From Cetorhinus maximus (taxonomy: Eukaryota), in contig NC_135895.1 in NCBI RefSeq assembly GCF_964194155.1, positions 20,956,001-21,020,000 of the forward strand: a stretch of 64,000 nucleotides of DNA, read 5' to 3'. The notes under the pieces were generated by a model, which was given only the letters and a program-made list of their open reading frames with translations, searched no databases and was not told the DNA's origin. The position numbers and the translations under genes were made by a program. This document shows, piece by piece, positions 51,036 to 64,000 of this stretch (the first letter of the stretch is position 1; every line of letters begins with the position of its first letter).

Positions 51036-54000
51036 TGCAACCTACTTTCCCACCTCAGCATCTTTTTCCTCCTATAACTAAAGACACTATATATCCAAAA
51101 TGGAAGCATTGTTCTCATTTTGATCCAAACTACTACTGACATCAAATTAGATCTCAGTTCAATACATATTTCTGACATTAGTTCATAACTAGGCTTCACA
51201 TTACTCAGACACAAGTGAGTGATCCAGAATACTGTTTTAGTCACATCATCTTTCCCCATTATGCATTTTCAGATTACTTAGGAGTTTGCAAATGGAAACA
51301 CTCAGTAGCAATACACATTGCTGCCAGAAGAACTTAATATTTAAATAGCATTAAAAATCTGATTATGCACCAGGCTATGTGTGGGTTTTTGATTGGATTT
51401 CCTGCTCAGGAAAAATCTCAATTGATTTAAATTACATTTTCATAACAGCACTCAGTTACCAAGGGTAATGCATTTTTCAAAATATACAATTTCATTTCCG
51501 ATACCAAAGTATTTAGCCATTGTAAAAAAGGAATGGCGTTTAACAGCCCAATTCCAACGTGAATTACAGCACTTGCCAGTACAAATGATGCAAACCTTCC
51601 TTCATAAGCATCCTGCAACAGACATTAAAATAAAATAACCAGGATGTGCCCTTGGTAAGTCAATAGCCAGAGGAAATAGCTGAGAATCTGAGCAGCTGGA
51701 GTTCATTCCACTTTATACAATACACCGATTTACACTGTCTAGCAATCCCTACAGCATCTGTTTTTTCATGCCTAGGATACACACCTTCTAAACTAAGCCT
51801 CATCTGACAATTAGGAAATTCAAATTTAACTAAAACGTTGCTTTAACCTTCTCATCCCTCCAAAAAAAAAATTAAGATTTTTCATTGGATGATTTCTTTT
51901 AAAAAATTATATACTGTTGTATTGCATCTTGAAGAGGTGCATGTCCTAACATACTTCTGACCAGTTGTGCAAGTAGGTTAGTGTTGGAAAACAGGAGAAA
52001 ATTTAGACAAAAAAAATTACTAGAACAGCATCCAAGTCATACAGCAGGCTGGACATACCGTGCATAAATTAATCAGCTGCACAAGTTCCTCGAATTTTCC
52101 CCATTGTAGTAGTCACTATAAAAATTCTATAATTTTTTTTTTTTTAAAGAGTTTGGATGTATGAACTGAAATATGGGGTCATCTAATTAGTGTTCTATCT
52201 CCAATACTTGTAATTATATTCTAGCTACCTAAGTCATAGTCTCAAAAACATTTTACACAATGAATCACTTTGGAAGTGCAGCAATTGGCATCCAGTTTTT
52301 ATTCTTTTGAACACTGGTGATAGCCTGCACTGTGAGCTTTGGTCCTTCACCCTACAATGGATTAGAGCACACATAGAACTTGATATCAAGTTCTTTCACA
52401 TGGTTGCTACCAGAGAGGTTACAATGTCCATTCCAATAATGTACTGTACAGGACTAGCTTCAATCTGTCAACCCTCTTAGTATTGCTCAATTAGAGGTAC
52501 CAGATTGGCTGGCAATGCGTTTGTTGCTCAACCTGAAGTATCTCAGACATAACTACAACGAATACAGTTTTAAAACCATTTCCCAGTACCCAAATGATAA
52601 AATGAGAATTCATTGCATTTTTGTATATGAAAGGAAGAAGAGGCAGATAGGCTTGCATTTACACAAGGCTTTTCACAACCACCAGGTGTCTCAAAGCACT
52701 TTATGGCCAATGAAGCACTTTTCGAAGTGAGGTCACTGCAGTAATATACAAAATGGACAAGTACCTCCACCTCTTCCAGCCCAATTCATTTATGTTATTC
52801 ACAAATGCCAACAATCTCTGTGCAGACTCGCCTTCCTACACACACTGCAACCACCTCAGTGTCCATTTGCATTGGATCTTCACTGCCTCCAAACGTAACC
52901 CTACTCCTTCCAGGCTTAAACCCATAGCGCTGCTGCTGCCTTCCTGACCAGCCCCACTAGCCCGACACATCAACACTGTTTGTGGTCACTCAACCGTCTC
53001 CTCAGGACCCACGTACTTCCTTACCTCAGCCCAAGCCTCCCACTCTTCCCACTGTGCGCTTTTCCCTTTGGCCCACCTTCTTTCATCTGTGCATGCTCTG
53101 GCATTTCCCAGATTCATTCATAGCACTTTATGTCTCGATTACAAACATCTCTGGAATGTTAATGTATCTTTCTAAAGGTGATAATTTTCCACATGTGGCT
53201 TTTAAGTTAATAAACCGGCCAAGTGTTATTTGAGAGGTGGGGCGTTCGTGCTGTATGAGAGAGAGAGAGAGGAAACAGACGAAAAGGAGACAAAAAAAAA
53301 AGAGGGAGAACGAATGCAGTCAGGGAAAGAGAAGAAACTACAGAAGAGGGGTCAAGAGGAGAAGAAGTGGAAGACAAACATGAGCACACAGCAGCAGGTA
53401 GAAAGAATTAGGGTGCAAGGACACAATCAAAAATAGGTTATTTAATGCGTGAGCAATGACACGGATTATATGTTATAATATTCAATAAAATTCATATGAC
53501 TCAGTGCAGAGTTATTATTTTCGTCAACAAATGTGATGTTAGGTGTCAATAAATGAAGTGACAGCTGTCCACAAGGCAAAAATTATGCTCCGTACTTTTC
53601 TATTTCTGGCTGGCCAGAACTCCCGTTTTGAAATGGTCAGAATCGGGACCGCCAAATGCGGAACATTAAAAATGCAAAAAAACACTGCAGAAACCGGAAA
53701 TAAAAGCAGAAAATGGCGGCTTCAGGTCTGACCTCGGGTCAGGCAGCATCTGTGGATAGAGAAACAAGAGTGAGTGAATGTTTCAGGTCTGATGAAAGGG
53801 TCATCAACTTGAAATATTCAATCTGTTTACAGATGCCGCTTGACCCGCATTTTTCTGGTTTTGATTAAAAACTCAACGAAGGCGAAAAGCCCTTGAATCT
53901 GTCACCACATTCTCTCGAGAATTAGTATTTCTTTGCAATCTGATCAATTGACTCATGACCTAAATTTGGACTCATGGTGGAAATTCAGGGATTGTATTGT

Positions 54001-55099
54001 TTTTTAAATAAAAGGTTTCAAGTTGCCATATTTTGTATGAACCGCATTTTCAAAATGGCACATGTATAATTAAAGTTCAAAATGACCTTTAATTAAGGTC
54101 AGTGATACTTGAAACCATTGTGAGTTGCATAATGGAAGTTTCATGCAGCTTTGTAAAGAATGTGCAATTTACGCTTGCCAGATTTTTGGGTAATAAACGT
54201 TTGTATTCGCATCTCGATGACTAATGCCTCTGGAATATTAACGTGAATCTTTCCAAGACTATATTTTCCATATGTGATTTTTCACAAAGTAGCTTCTCTT
54301 CTTTTCTGACAATGGCTGCAGGATAGAATGGTGCTGGGAATACGACACGTGAAAAAAGTTAATATTAAAAATTGCACAAATTGAGTGAAAAGGGATTTTT
54401 CTCATGAGCTCACAATGGAAAAATTTAGTCCGATTTACTCTGGGAGTCCTGGATATGAGCCCATTTTATTCTGTCCCTTCCTTCCCCTTTCAGCCGTCTG
54501 AGCTTGTGAAGAGAAAGTGGCCTTCACAATAGGAATGTGAAAGAAGCCACAGGGAGAAGTAAAAACAGAAAATAAGACTTGCACAATTCCAGCACTTTTA
54601 ACTATTACAGAGAAGTGGCAAATCATGTAAAAAAAACACTATTCATAAACATCAATAATTTCATCCAGTGCACCATAACTATCAGTTTGGGTGGGGGGGG
54701 GGGGGGGCGGTTATGTTTCCTAAACTGATTGCTTCACTTGGGACTCTCACGAACCGAAAATAGTTCGGTTTTCCTGATCTTGGGAAAAACTTTGGAGAAG
54801 TCTACACAGGAATGAGCAAGTCCTCCACGATTCCTTGAGGCTCCGTGTCATATTTAAATATTTATAATACACATTAATAATAGATAATGCACACAGCCAG
54901 AGAGCATTTTTACACAGGCAGAAAATGGCAAGAGGAAGAATCTTTGCTCCAAGCTCTTTTACTGAAGCTACTGACACATTGCTTGCACTACACAGGCCTG
55001 AAAAAGCCAGATGGTATGTCGTACCATCAATTAATTCTAGGACCTGCAACGATCCTCAACAAAGTTTATTTTTCTAACCAACTTTAAATTTTATTGCAG

Positions 55100-56680
55100 T
55101 CTTAGGCTGAAGGCACTGGATATGGCAAAGGCTATGGGCCCTGACAATATTCAATATTAACAATATTCCAGCAATAGCACTGTAGACTTATGCTCCAGAA
55201 TTTGCCGTGCCCCTAGCCAAGCTGTTCCAGTACAGCTACAATACTGGCATCTACCCAGCTATGTGGAAATTGCCCAGGTATGTCCTGTACACAAGAAGCA
55301 GGACAAATCCAACCTGGCCAATTACTGCCCCATCAGTCAACTCTCCATCATCAGTAAAGTAATGGAAGGGGCTATCAACAGTGCTATCAAGCAGCACTTG
55401 CTTAGCAATAACCTGCTCATTGATGCCCAGTTTGTGTTCTGCCGGGGCCACTCAGCTCCTGACCTCATTACATCCTTGGTTCAAACATGGACAAAATAGC
55501 TGAACTTCTAGAGGCGAGGTGAGAGTGAATGCTCTTGACATCAAGGCCACATTTGACAAAGTGTGGCATCAAGGAGCCCTAGCAAAACTGGAGTTAATGG
55601 GAATCAGGGAGGGGGAACTCTCCACTGGTTGGAGTCATACCTAGCACAAAGGAAGACGGTTGTGGTTGTTGGAGGTCAGTCATCTCAGCTCCAGGACATC
55701 ACTGCAGGAGTTCTTCAGGGTGATGTCCTAGGCCCAACCATCTTCAGCTGCTTCATCATTGACCTTCCTTCCATCAGGTGGTCAGAAGTGAGGATGTTCG
55801 CTGATGATTCCACAATGTTCAGCAGCACTCACGACTCCTCAGATACTGAAGCAGTCTATGTCCAAATGCAGCAATACCTGGACATTATCCAGGCTTGGGC
55901 TGACAAGTGGCAAGTAACATTCACATCACACAAGTGCCAGGCAATGACCATCTCTAACAAGAGAGAATCCAACCATCGCCCCTTGATGTTCAATGGCATT
56001 ACCATCACCTAATTTCCCACTATCAACATCCTGGGGGTTACCATTGACCAGAAACTGAACTGGACTAGCCATATAAATACTGTGGCTACAAGAGCAGCTC
56101 AGAGGCTAGGAATAGTGCAATTTGTAACCCACCACCTGACCTGATTCCCCAAAGCCTGTCCACCATCTACAAGTCACAAGTCAGGAGTGTGATGGAATAC
56201 TCTCCCCTTGCCTGGATGAGTGCAGCTCCCACAACACAAGCAGCTCAACACCATCCAGGACACTTGATTGGCACTACATTCACAAACATTTACTCCCTAC
56301 ACCACCAACGCACAGTAGCAGCAGTGTGTACCCATCTACAAGATGCACTGCAGGAATTCACCAAGGCTCCTTCAACAGCACCTTTCAAACCCACGATCAC
56401 TACCATCTAGAAGGGCAAAAGCAGCAGATAAATGGGAACACCACCACCTAGATGTTCCCCTCCAAGTCACTCACCATTCTGACTTGGAAATATCACCATT
56501 CCTTCACTGTCACTGGGTCAAAATCCTGGAACTCTCTTCCTAACAGCGCTCTAGGTGCATCCACACCACATGGACAGCAGCAGTTCAAGGAGGCAGCTCA
56601 CCACCACCTTCAAGGACAACTAGGGATGGGCAATAAATACTGGCCCAGCCAGTGAAGCCCACATCCCATGAATGAATAGA
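55100..56680 (+). mobile_element. Third copy of the CR1-group LINE, 5'-truncated
   Basis: NYCPISQLSIISKVME, LDIKATFDKVWHQG, GVLQGDVLGP, MFADD, SKSWNSLP; tail cccacatcccatgaatgaat. Confidence 0.9.
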
Positions 56681-59600
56681 AATTGAAAATGTTGGAAAAA
56701 GCCAAGTTTTACTGAACCACCTATGGAGATGATTGTGTGTGCCTCCAAAGTAGCAAAGCATCCTGTGGTACCTCAAAATGGAGTGGGGCATAGGTATAAA
56801 GTGGAGAGAAATACAGTTAACGGGAAAGCTGACCATTCCTGGACCTGTACACTCCTCTTTATTGTAACTAACGTCATTTCTGCAAGGGGAGAACCTTAAG
56901 GTTGGACGGGCAGCCCAGACAATTAGTTTAATTAGTTGTTAAATGGCCTTAATAGGCCTTTGATAGTTCGACAGGCGCGCAGCCGACTCTGCTGCGTGCC
57001 CTCCGAACTGAAGATCTGATTGACGCGCGATGACGTTGGGACGCACACCCAACATCACCACGCGTCATGTTACTCATCGGCAAGCAGGGCCCGCCCCCAC
57101 ATGCCGACCAGGAGATTCAGGCCCAAGTAACAGATACTAAATCTCACCATAGTTTTGCTGGTTGGGAGACAAGGGAAAGCCCAACAACTGTTACCTTTGG
57201 GCTAGAGGGATTAGGGTGGGTGGAAAAAAAAAAAAGCACAGAAGGTACGGTAATGGGAGATAGGGATGGTGATGCACTGGCATGGGAGGGACGGAATGAG
57301 GGATGGCATAAGGAGGGTGGTAATATGAAAGGGATGGGATGGGTATGGCATGAGATGGATGAAATGGTATGGGATGGGGATTTAAAGAAGTATTGTTGCA
57401 ATACAGATGCTAATTTCACCACAAAATGTTTTGCGGGTCCCTGCAGGCTTCATGTAATACATGGTTGTGGACTGTTCTGGACAGACAAATAAAAAATACG
57501 AAGCATGATGAACAAGCCATCACATAACCCACACAATTCTACAGGAGGGGGCAGCAATTTGGCTCAACTGTGCCGGTGCCAGCTCTAGTACAACAATTTA
57601 GAATGCACCCCACTGCCTGTCTTTCACCCTTTATCCCTGTATCTCTGCTTTAAATAGTTAATCTAATCTAGAGTTCCCTAAAAGATGCAATGGTGTCCTT
57701 TCAGGAGCAAATGTTGCATTTCAGTGTTTGGATTTCCAGCCTTAAACCTTGCAGGCATGCTAGGATATTAAGACCATGTCTCCATAAATATAATTTCAAA
57801 CATGCAAAGCCAGCATGCTAAAATAGAGAATGCACCAGCCTTTCTACTCATACCTGTCTTGTCTCATCAAGTTTCCTTCCATGCATTCTACAGATAAACC
57901 AATACATGTCGCACATTTTTGCACAGACTACTTAGGAGGTTACATCCTGCTTAGGGACAAGATTAAGATCCCCATTAAAGAATCAAAGTGGGAGTGAAAT
58001 CCAGCGTGAAGATTTCCAAGTGAAAAGTCAAGCAGAGTAGATAGTGACGGACAGGACAGGAACCTCCAGTCATTCTGATTTTATGTATGCCACATTTTTC
58101 CTTTATTCTTTCATGGGATGTGAGCATCACTGGCAAAGCCAGCATCTGCTGCCCGTCCTTAATTGCCCTTGAACTGAGTGGCTTGCTAGGCCATTTCAGA
58201 GGGCAGTTAAGAGTCAACCATATTGCTGTGGGTCTGGAGTCACATGTAAGCCAGACCAGGTAAGGGTGGCAGATTTCCTTCCCTGAATATGATAACTGAT
58301 GCTGCAGAACAGCACAACCAAATTAAAACCTAAAAATCCAGAATAAAAGACAGCAGATTGTGTCGGCACTCTCCACTCAAGACACTGCTGGAACTATACA
58401 CTTAAGAACATGGAACCAGATCAGGTGTGATAGTTGCACTTCCAACAGTCCTCTGGGACTCACTATGAAGGCTCTTGGGTAAATGATGGCCACCTGGGAA
58501 TGAGGCATTGCTGTACACCAGAAGCTGACATCTTTAGGAGAGGAGAGAATAAGTTAGTTGAGATAATTAAGTTGAAAAAAAAATACACAGTTCACATTGT
58601 TTATTGGAATTTGATGTAAAAAGCTACCTTAACAATATTGCACAGCATTTTGTAGTACAGAGGCAGGGTGCTTAAAGAAAAACACGCATACCCCATAAGA
58701 TTACAAAAACAGGACAAATGCAATTTAACATTGGAAATTTAATACATCTCCAGCAGCTTTCTAAATGGCCATAAGCCTTCCATTGAAGTGCTACAGAACA
58801 AAGTACCTACTTTCCAGTGTTGCCAAAAGACTGACGGCATGGGTTTAAAATACTACATAGAAAGGTTGAATCTCCAGACAGTGTTACCTTTGTAGGTCAC
58901 GCTGACAGCTGAAGTAAATTTTTCCACTCTCTCTCAAATAGTTCTTCAGACATGTTATTAGAATGGTTTCTTGCAGAGTGTCTGGCGTATGTCCAAGGCA
59001 AAGAGCCTGCCACCAGATGTCTTGATTAGCATTGGGATAACGTAGAATTGTTTTTGTTTGTGCCGAGATGGAGAAGGCATTAGTCATTACAGAATAATTG
59101 GGAGTGAATAGTCCAGAGCTTCCGCTAACTTGGTAGGTTAAAGGTTGCTTTAGTCCATTTGAAGTTGAATCACTCAAATAGCAAATATGAGAAACTCTCC
59201 CCAAAGGCAGTCCATCAATCTGAACTCCATTTGTCTTTGCATGTCTATTAACGATATCTCAATAATTCATACCCGGAAACGTGAATCACAAATTACAAAA
59301 GGTGTACACGTGCTGTTCTTACCCTCAGAAGCAGGAACGCTATGAGCTAACAACCATCCCTTAAAAAAAGTGCTCCATAGTAACTGACCTATCTTAGTGC
59401 TAAACTGCATTACAGAAGAAGCTATTGAATAGCAACTCAGGGAAATATAGACTAATACAAGCACACTCCTGAAGTTAGAATGTGGACATGTTAAACATGT
59501 GCTACCACAAAAGTCCTGATCATGGGAACAGTTAAATTCAGACACTCACATTTCTCCTGTATACAAAACATGACAGCCGCACAGGAAACTCGACATAACA

Positions 59601-60114
59601 ATACGTAGTTGAATGCAAAATACATTCAATGGCTTGTGAAAAGTCAGATATAGTCATTTTGTTTACATAATGCATAGAACTGCCCACGCCTTTTCTCTGT
59701 GCAGCTAAAGAACTGAACTATGAATTCAACACTAAAAATGACAAAAGCTCCATTTAAACTAAATCTGTACAGTCACTCCCAAAGTGCATCTACATGGTAG
59801 AAATAGAAACAACCACAAACTGTTTGGTTATTTAATTCACTCTTAATTTGGAGCTAGAACTCACTTTGGAAACCAAATGTAAAGAGCAGCAGCAAATCAG
59901 GGTATTCTCAATAGGCTGTTAAAATTTCTCAATTCCTATGATGTGATGCAGCATAGAGCCCAAAACTAGCAAAAGACCAGATCTTTTGCATTAACATATC
60001 ATTAATTTAATAAAAGGTTTCAAATTACTTCAAAAACATAAGCACATCCCTGTCATTGAAATGGTTATGCAAAAGCATCACAATTCTCACTCCTTGTCTT
60101 AGAGAGTTTGATTT

Positions 60115-60545
60115 AGTTAGTGGCGCTTTGAGTCAGAAGGCTTGCGGTCCAAGGGCTTGAGCACAATCTATGCTGGCACTACAGTGCAGCACAGGGAGAA
60201 AATGCTGTATTCTAAGAGGTGCCATCCTTCGCATGCGTTTATGCCAGAGCCTTTTTAACCCTGCTCAATGAATGTTAAAAATCACACGGAAATCTTTCAA
60301 CAAAAAAAAACATAGCAACATGTTCTTGGTAATGTCCAAACCAACGTTCATCCCTCAGCCACCACAGCAGATTAACTTCCATGTTTGTTTAATTTGCTGT
60401 CCGAGAGACTTCGCTATGTGTATGTTGGCACTCACATTTGGCTACCTAACAAGACCACACTTCGAAAGTAATTAATTAGCTGTGAAATGCTTTGGGATCC
60501 TGAATTAGTGAGAAAGTGCTACTATACAGATGCACATTTTTCTTC
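60115..60545 (+). mobile_element. Degenerate DeuSINE (SacSINE1-like)
   Basis: tRNA-like head (gagtcagaagg), Deu-domain-like tgcagcacagggag...gaggtgccatccttc, tail aagtaattaattagctgtgaaatgctttggga...gctactatacagatgca; family name from recall. Tail or head relics at about 1020-1085, 1330-1500, 8945-9030, 27340-27390, 28205-28300 and 52650-52750. Confidence 0.6.
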
Positions 60546-60699
60546 ATCTTTCTTGCAACAGATTAGAGTGCACCTAGATCATGCATTTTCTGCATTATTC
60601 TACACAAATGCAGAAGCGAAAATTTGAGAGTTTCCATTTGTACAATATTTTTATTGGAAAAAGTATTTCAGAGTAGCCTATGGAAGAAAATATTGCAGT

Positions 60700-60936
60700 A
60701 AAAACAAAACAAAAAAATGCTGGTAAAACTCAGCAGCTCTGGCAACATCCATTGAGAGAGAAACGGAGTTAACGTTTCGAGTCCGTATGACTCTTCTTCA
60801 TAAAAAGAGAGCCGTACAGTCTCGAAACGTTAACTGTTTCTCTCTCCACCAATGCTGCCAGAGCTGCTGAGTTTTTCCAGCATTTTTTTTTTTGTCTTTA
60901 TTTCAGATTTCCAGCATCCACAGCATTTTGCTTTCA
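60700..60936. mobile_element. Short palindromic Penelope-terminus derivative
   Basis: aaatgctggtaaaactcagcagctctggcaac...gagttaacgtttcgag is mirrored by ctcgaaacgttaact...gctgccagagctgctgagtttttccagcattt. Confidence 0.8.
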
Positions 60937-62744
60937 TCTTAAAAGAAAACACTGGGCCCAGAAAGGAGAGATTAAGAGAGGGGGCCAAAAGCGAAAACTT
61001 GGTTAACACATTTAGATCAGGTTTTTTTTTAAAAAAAAATAAAAAAAATAGCTTGGCATTTTTTCCTCCCTAAACTCTCGAGGGAAATACAAATGAAATC
61101 ATTTTTACAATTGAGCAAAATGTGTCGAATTATTAAGAATTTTTTAAACCAGTATGTAACCGAACTATACTCAGCGTGCCATTTTAGATCTTAGGAGGCC
61201 GAGGTGATCAGCATACAAACAAGAGGCCAACAGGTTATTGATGTGGTATCAATGTTTCTGTGATCGATCTCTGACAAGTTTTATGTAAAATACAGACCCC
61301 TACCTGGAGATATAGGAGGAAGTGCCGGTTTCAAAGTTTATCTGAATTACAGCCCGAAATCTAGATGAAGTTTTTGCCTATCCTGCCGCTTGGTGTTTTT
61401 TTGGGGGGCAGGGGGGTGAAATTGTGATATACGGTTACAGCCTCATTACTAAAGCAAGACAGGCTACATAATATGCATTTGACAGTAACCACCCCATTCT
61501 GACCCTGGGAAAATTTAATGGACTCTGATACATATTTCCAAACTATACAGCTACACCTTTCTGGAGTTTGACATCTCATGTTGCTCTAGTTTACTTAACT
61601 CTCATTTAAACCCCTGTATTCTGGCTGTTTTTTTTTTTAAATTCAATTCTCCTTTACAACTTATTTAAGGAATTGCAGAAGACAACAATAGAGTTGTATG
61701 AGGTACTTCAATGCATAGAAGAAATTTTAATAGCTCTCCATTTCATATGTTGTATTTCTACTCATGCAAATAAAATTCTAGCCCAGAAGCTGCCCAATCA
61801 ATTTCAAGCTCCATTTGAAAGAAGATGCCCAGCCCTTGAAATATTTTCAGATTCATTAATATAGGCTTTGATTTGCCACCTTCTCTTGCAAAACTACATC
61901 CGGTGTATTTTAACTTTACTGCTCAAAAAACATGGAGCTCATGCAATCTTGAAAATAATTTCCACCTCCCCTCATTCATTGTCAATCTGCCTCCTCAACA
62001 GTAGCAAGACGTCAAAGCTTGTGACAGGGGCTGAAGACAATTGCTTCTCCATTGTCTTCTCCATGTTGGGTTGGTGACTTATGCACGGCATGATGTCAAC
62101 CTGCTTGTTCCAGAGGGCTAGAGCTGGATGGCAGCAGCATATACCGTCTGTGAAAGCGTGTCTCAAGCCTCCAAATAACTGCCACCATGCATAGAGAGGA
62201 ATGGGAAGAGAATAAATCCTTAGAGCTGCTCAGACGCCCGTGCTTTGACAAAAGATGGATGATTGTTGCCAAAGTACTAGCTGTTCTCAGATATGATGGG
62301 ATGGAATCCAGACATTGCAGTTTCACAAAATGCACCAAAGGAGGGGGAAGAGAAGGTGGTGGAAGAGGCTCACGTAATCAATGATACAGCCTTCTATAGC
62401 GAGGATGAGGAGAAATAAAACACCATAGTCACAGAATGACATTTTCACAACCAGTGTGAGCTGGACTGGAGGGATTGGAGCATGCAGTTTTGAGAAAGAT
62501 GCACAGCAGTTTTCAGAGGTGACGAAATGTTCCAAGATCTTACAGAGACGGAACAAGTGAATAAGTCCCATCTTCAAGTGTCTTCATAACTAATCCCTCA
62601 TCTCCAAAAATATTGGGTGAATTTATTTTTCCATTGCTTTTATATTCATGACAGGCTGCCTTAAAACCGTACACAGTATTCAAACTGCAGCCTAACCCAA
62701 GCTCTTATCATTGCATCAACACTTTTCTCCATTTTCCTCACCAC

Positions 62745-63800
62745 AATACTGCACCACATCTCCAGCAAATTCCCAACAGACAGAGATAATCTACAGAGCA
62801 GACAGGAAAATATTCAACCTTCAATCCAAAACCAAAAATTGTTCCAACCTCAATCATAGAGCTTCAGTGTGCAGATTTGCACTCACTCAAACTGGGCTCC
62901 AGGTCATTGTTGTCGACTCCTCCAAAGCATATGAGAAAAATCAGCCTTTCACTAAGCACCAGTAAACTAAGGTACTCTTCCAATCAGCTCCCACAGCAAA
63001 ACACCTCACCCCACTCTGCAGATTAAGGATCAATGGCAAGGTCCTTGAAAATGTGGATCATTTTCCGTATCTCGGGAGCCTCCTCTCAACGAATTCAGAC
63101 AGAGATGATGAAATTCAACACTGCTTCCAGTGTGCCAGCCCAGCCTTCGGTCAACTGAAGAAGAGTACCCCAAGTCCAGGATCTCAAATTGGAGACGAAG
63201 ATCATGGTTTACCAAGCAGCAGTGACCCCACGCTCCTATATGCTTCAGAGACTTGACAACCTACAGGAGGCACCTCCATGCACTGAAGTAGTACAACCAG
63301 AGGTGCCTGCACCAGGCACCAGATTCCCTCAAATCCAGTGCTAAAAAGGCAGTTCAACAGCAGCAGCACCCTCCCCCAAGCCAACTAGGCCAGCCTCAAG
63401 AAGCTAGTTACTCTAAAACAGTTCCACTGGACAGGACATATCATTTGTATGTCTGACACCAGACTCCTGAAGTAACTGCTCTACTCGGAACTCAGTCAGG
63501 GCAGGAGCCTCCCAGGAGGACATCAGAAACACTTTAGGGATGTCCACAAAGCATCAATAAAGAGGTCAAACATCCCTGCCGGTTTGTGGGAGGCCCTGGC
63601 TTGTCACTGGCCAAAACGGAAGGTTCATTTGGGAAGGCACCAAGCACACAGAGACTTAGTCAGGTACGTGCAGAGATTAAGTCAAGCTGTCAAAGGGAGT
63701 GCATAAACCTCCAAACACCCCACCTACCCGACCCTTAACTCACCACCTGCCCCACATATGGCTGTATGCAGCTCACATATCGTACTACGCCATCTCAAAT
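62745..63800 (+). mobile_element. RTE-clade LINE 3' fragment
   Basis: LENVDHFPYLGSLLS...DDEIQHCFQCASPAFGQLKK and LLYSELSQGR motifs. Confidence 0.8.
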
Positions 63801-64000
63801 ACTTTCCTTTATCGGGCGAGATACAGAATACAAAAGCAGGGGCTTAGTGCTGGAACTGTATAAAACGCTGCTTAGGTCAGGCCACAGCTGGAATTGTGTA
63901 CACAGTTCCGGTCACCACATTCCAGAGCAATTATGTCCTTTCTGTAGAGAGTACAGAGGAAATTTACAAGCATGTTGCCCGAGCTTGAAAACCGCAGCTA

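Noticed and set aside
53497-53955. Two AP-1 sites (TGACTCA) in intron 1
   Set aside because: Such 7-mers are expected by chance in 64 kb; no independent support.
61900-62580. Purine-rich stretch with several short overlapping ORFs
   Set aside because: No recognisable domain, splice pair or repeat match; cannot be assigned.
32344-64000. CNN3 exon 1 (expected MTHFNKGPSYGLSAEVKNK-like) and promoter
   Set aside because: No matching peptide or CpG island found by eye; it probably lies beyond the right edge of the window.

Overview
AT-rich vertebrate genomic DNA, most likely from a shark or other elasmobranch (inferred from the repeat families). Two genes lie tail-to-tail as in human 1p21.3. On +, the last coding exons of a choline transporter-like gene (SLC44A3; 2006-2242, 3070-3165, probable terminal exon 6106-6123). 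On -, exons 2-7 of acidic calponin CNN3 (32343 down to 14409; all GT-AG and phase-consistent; exon 1 not found, so intron 1 appears to exceed 31 kb). The rest is intronic or intergenic and dense with decayed retroelements: Neptune-like Penelope elements and their short fold-back derivatives carrying about 10 minimal hammerhead ribozyme motifs, several with clear target-site duplications; RTE LINEs, one with both ends and a structured, pseudoknotted 5' leader; a single-ORF CR1-group LINE with a tRNA-like head plus SINE-like deletion derivatives; classical CR1 (HER1-like) fragments; DeuSINE-like relics; and a MITE. I found no prokaryotic-type system or novel protein-coding gene. The most interesting signals are structured RNAs carried by retroelements and the SLC44A3 C-terminal splice architecture. 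Repeat boundaries without a target-site duplication are approximate.
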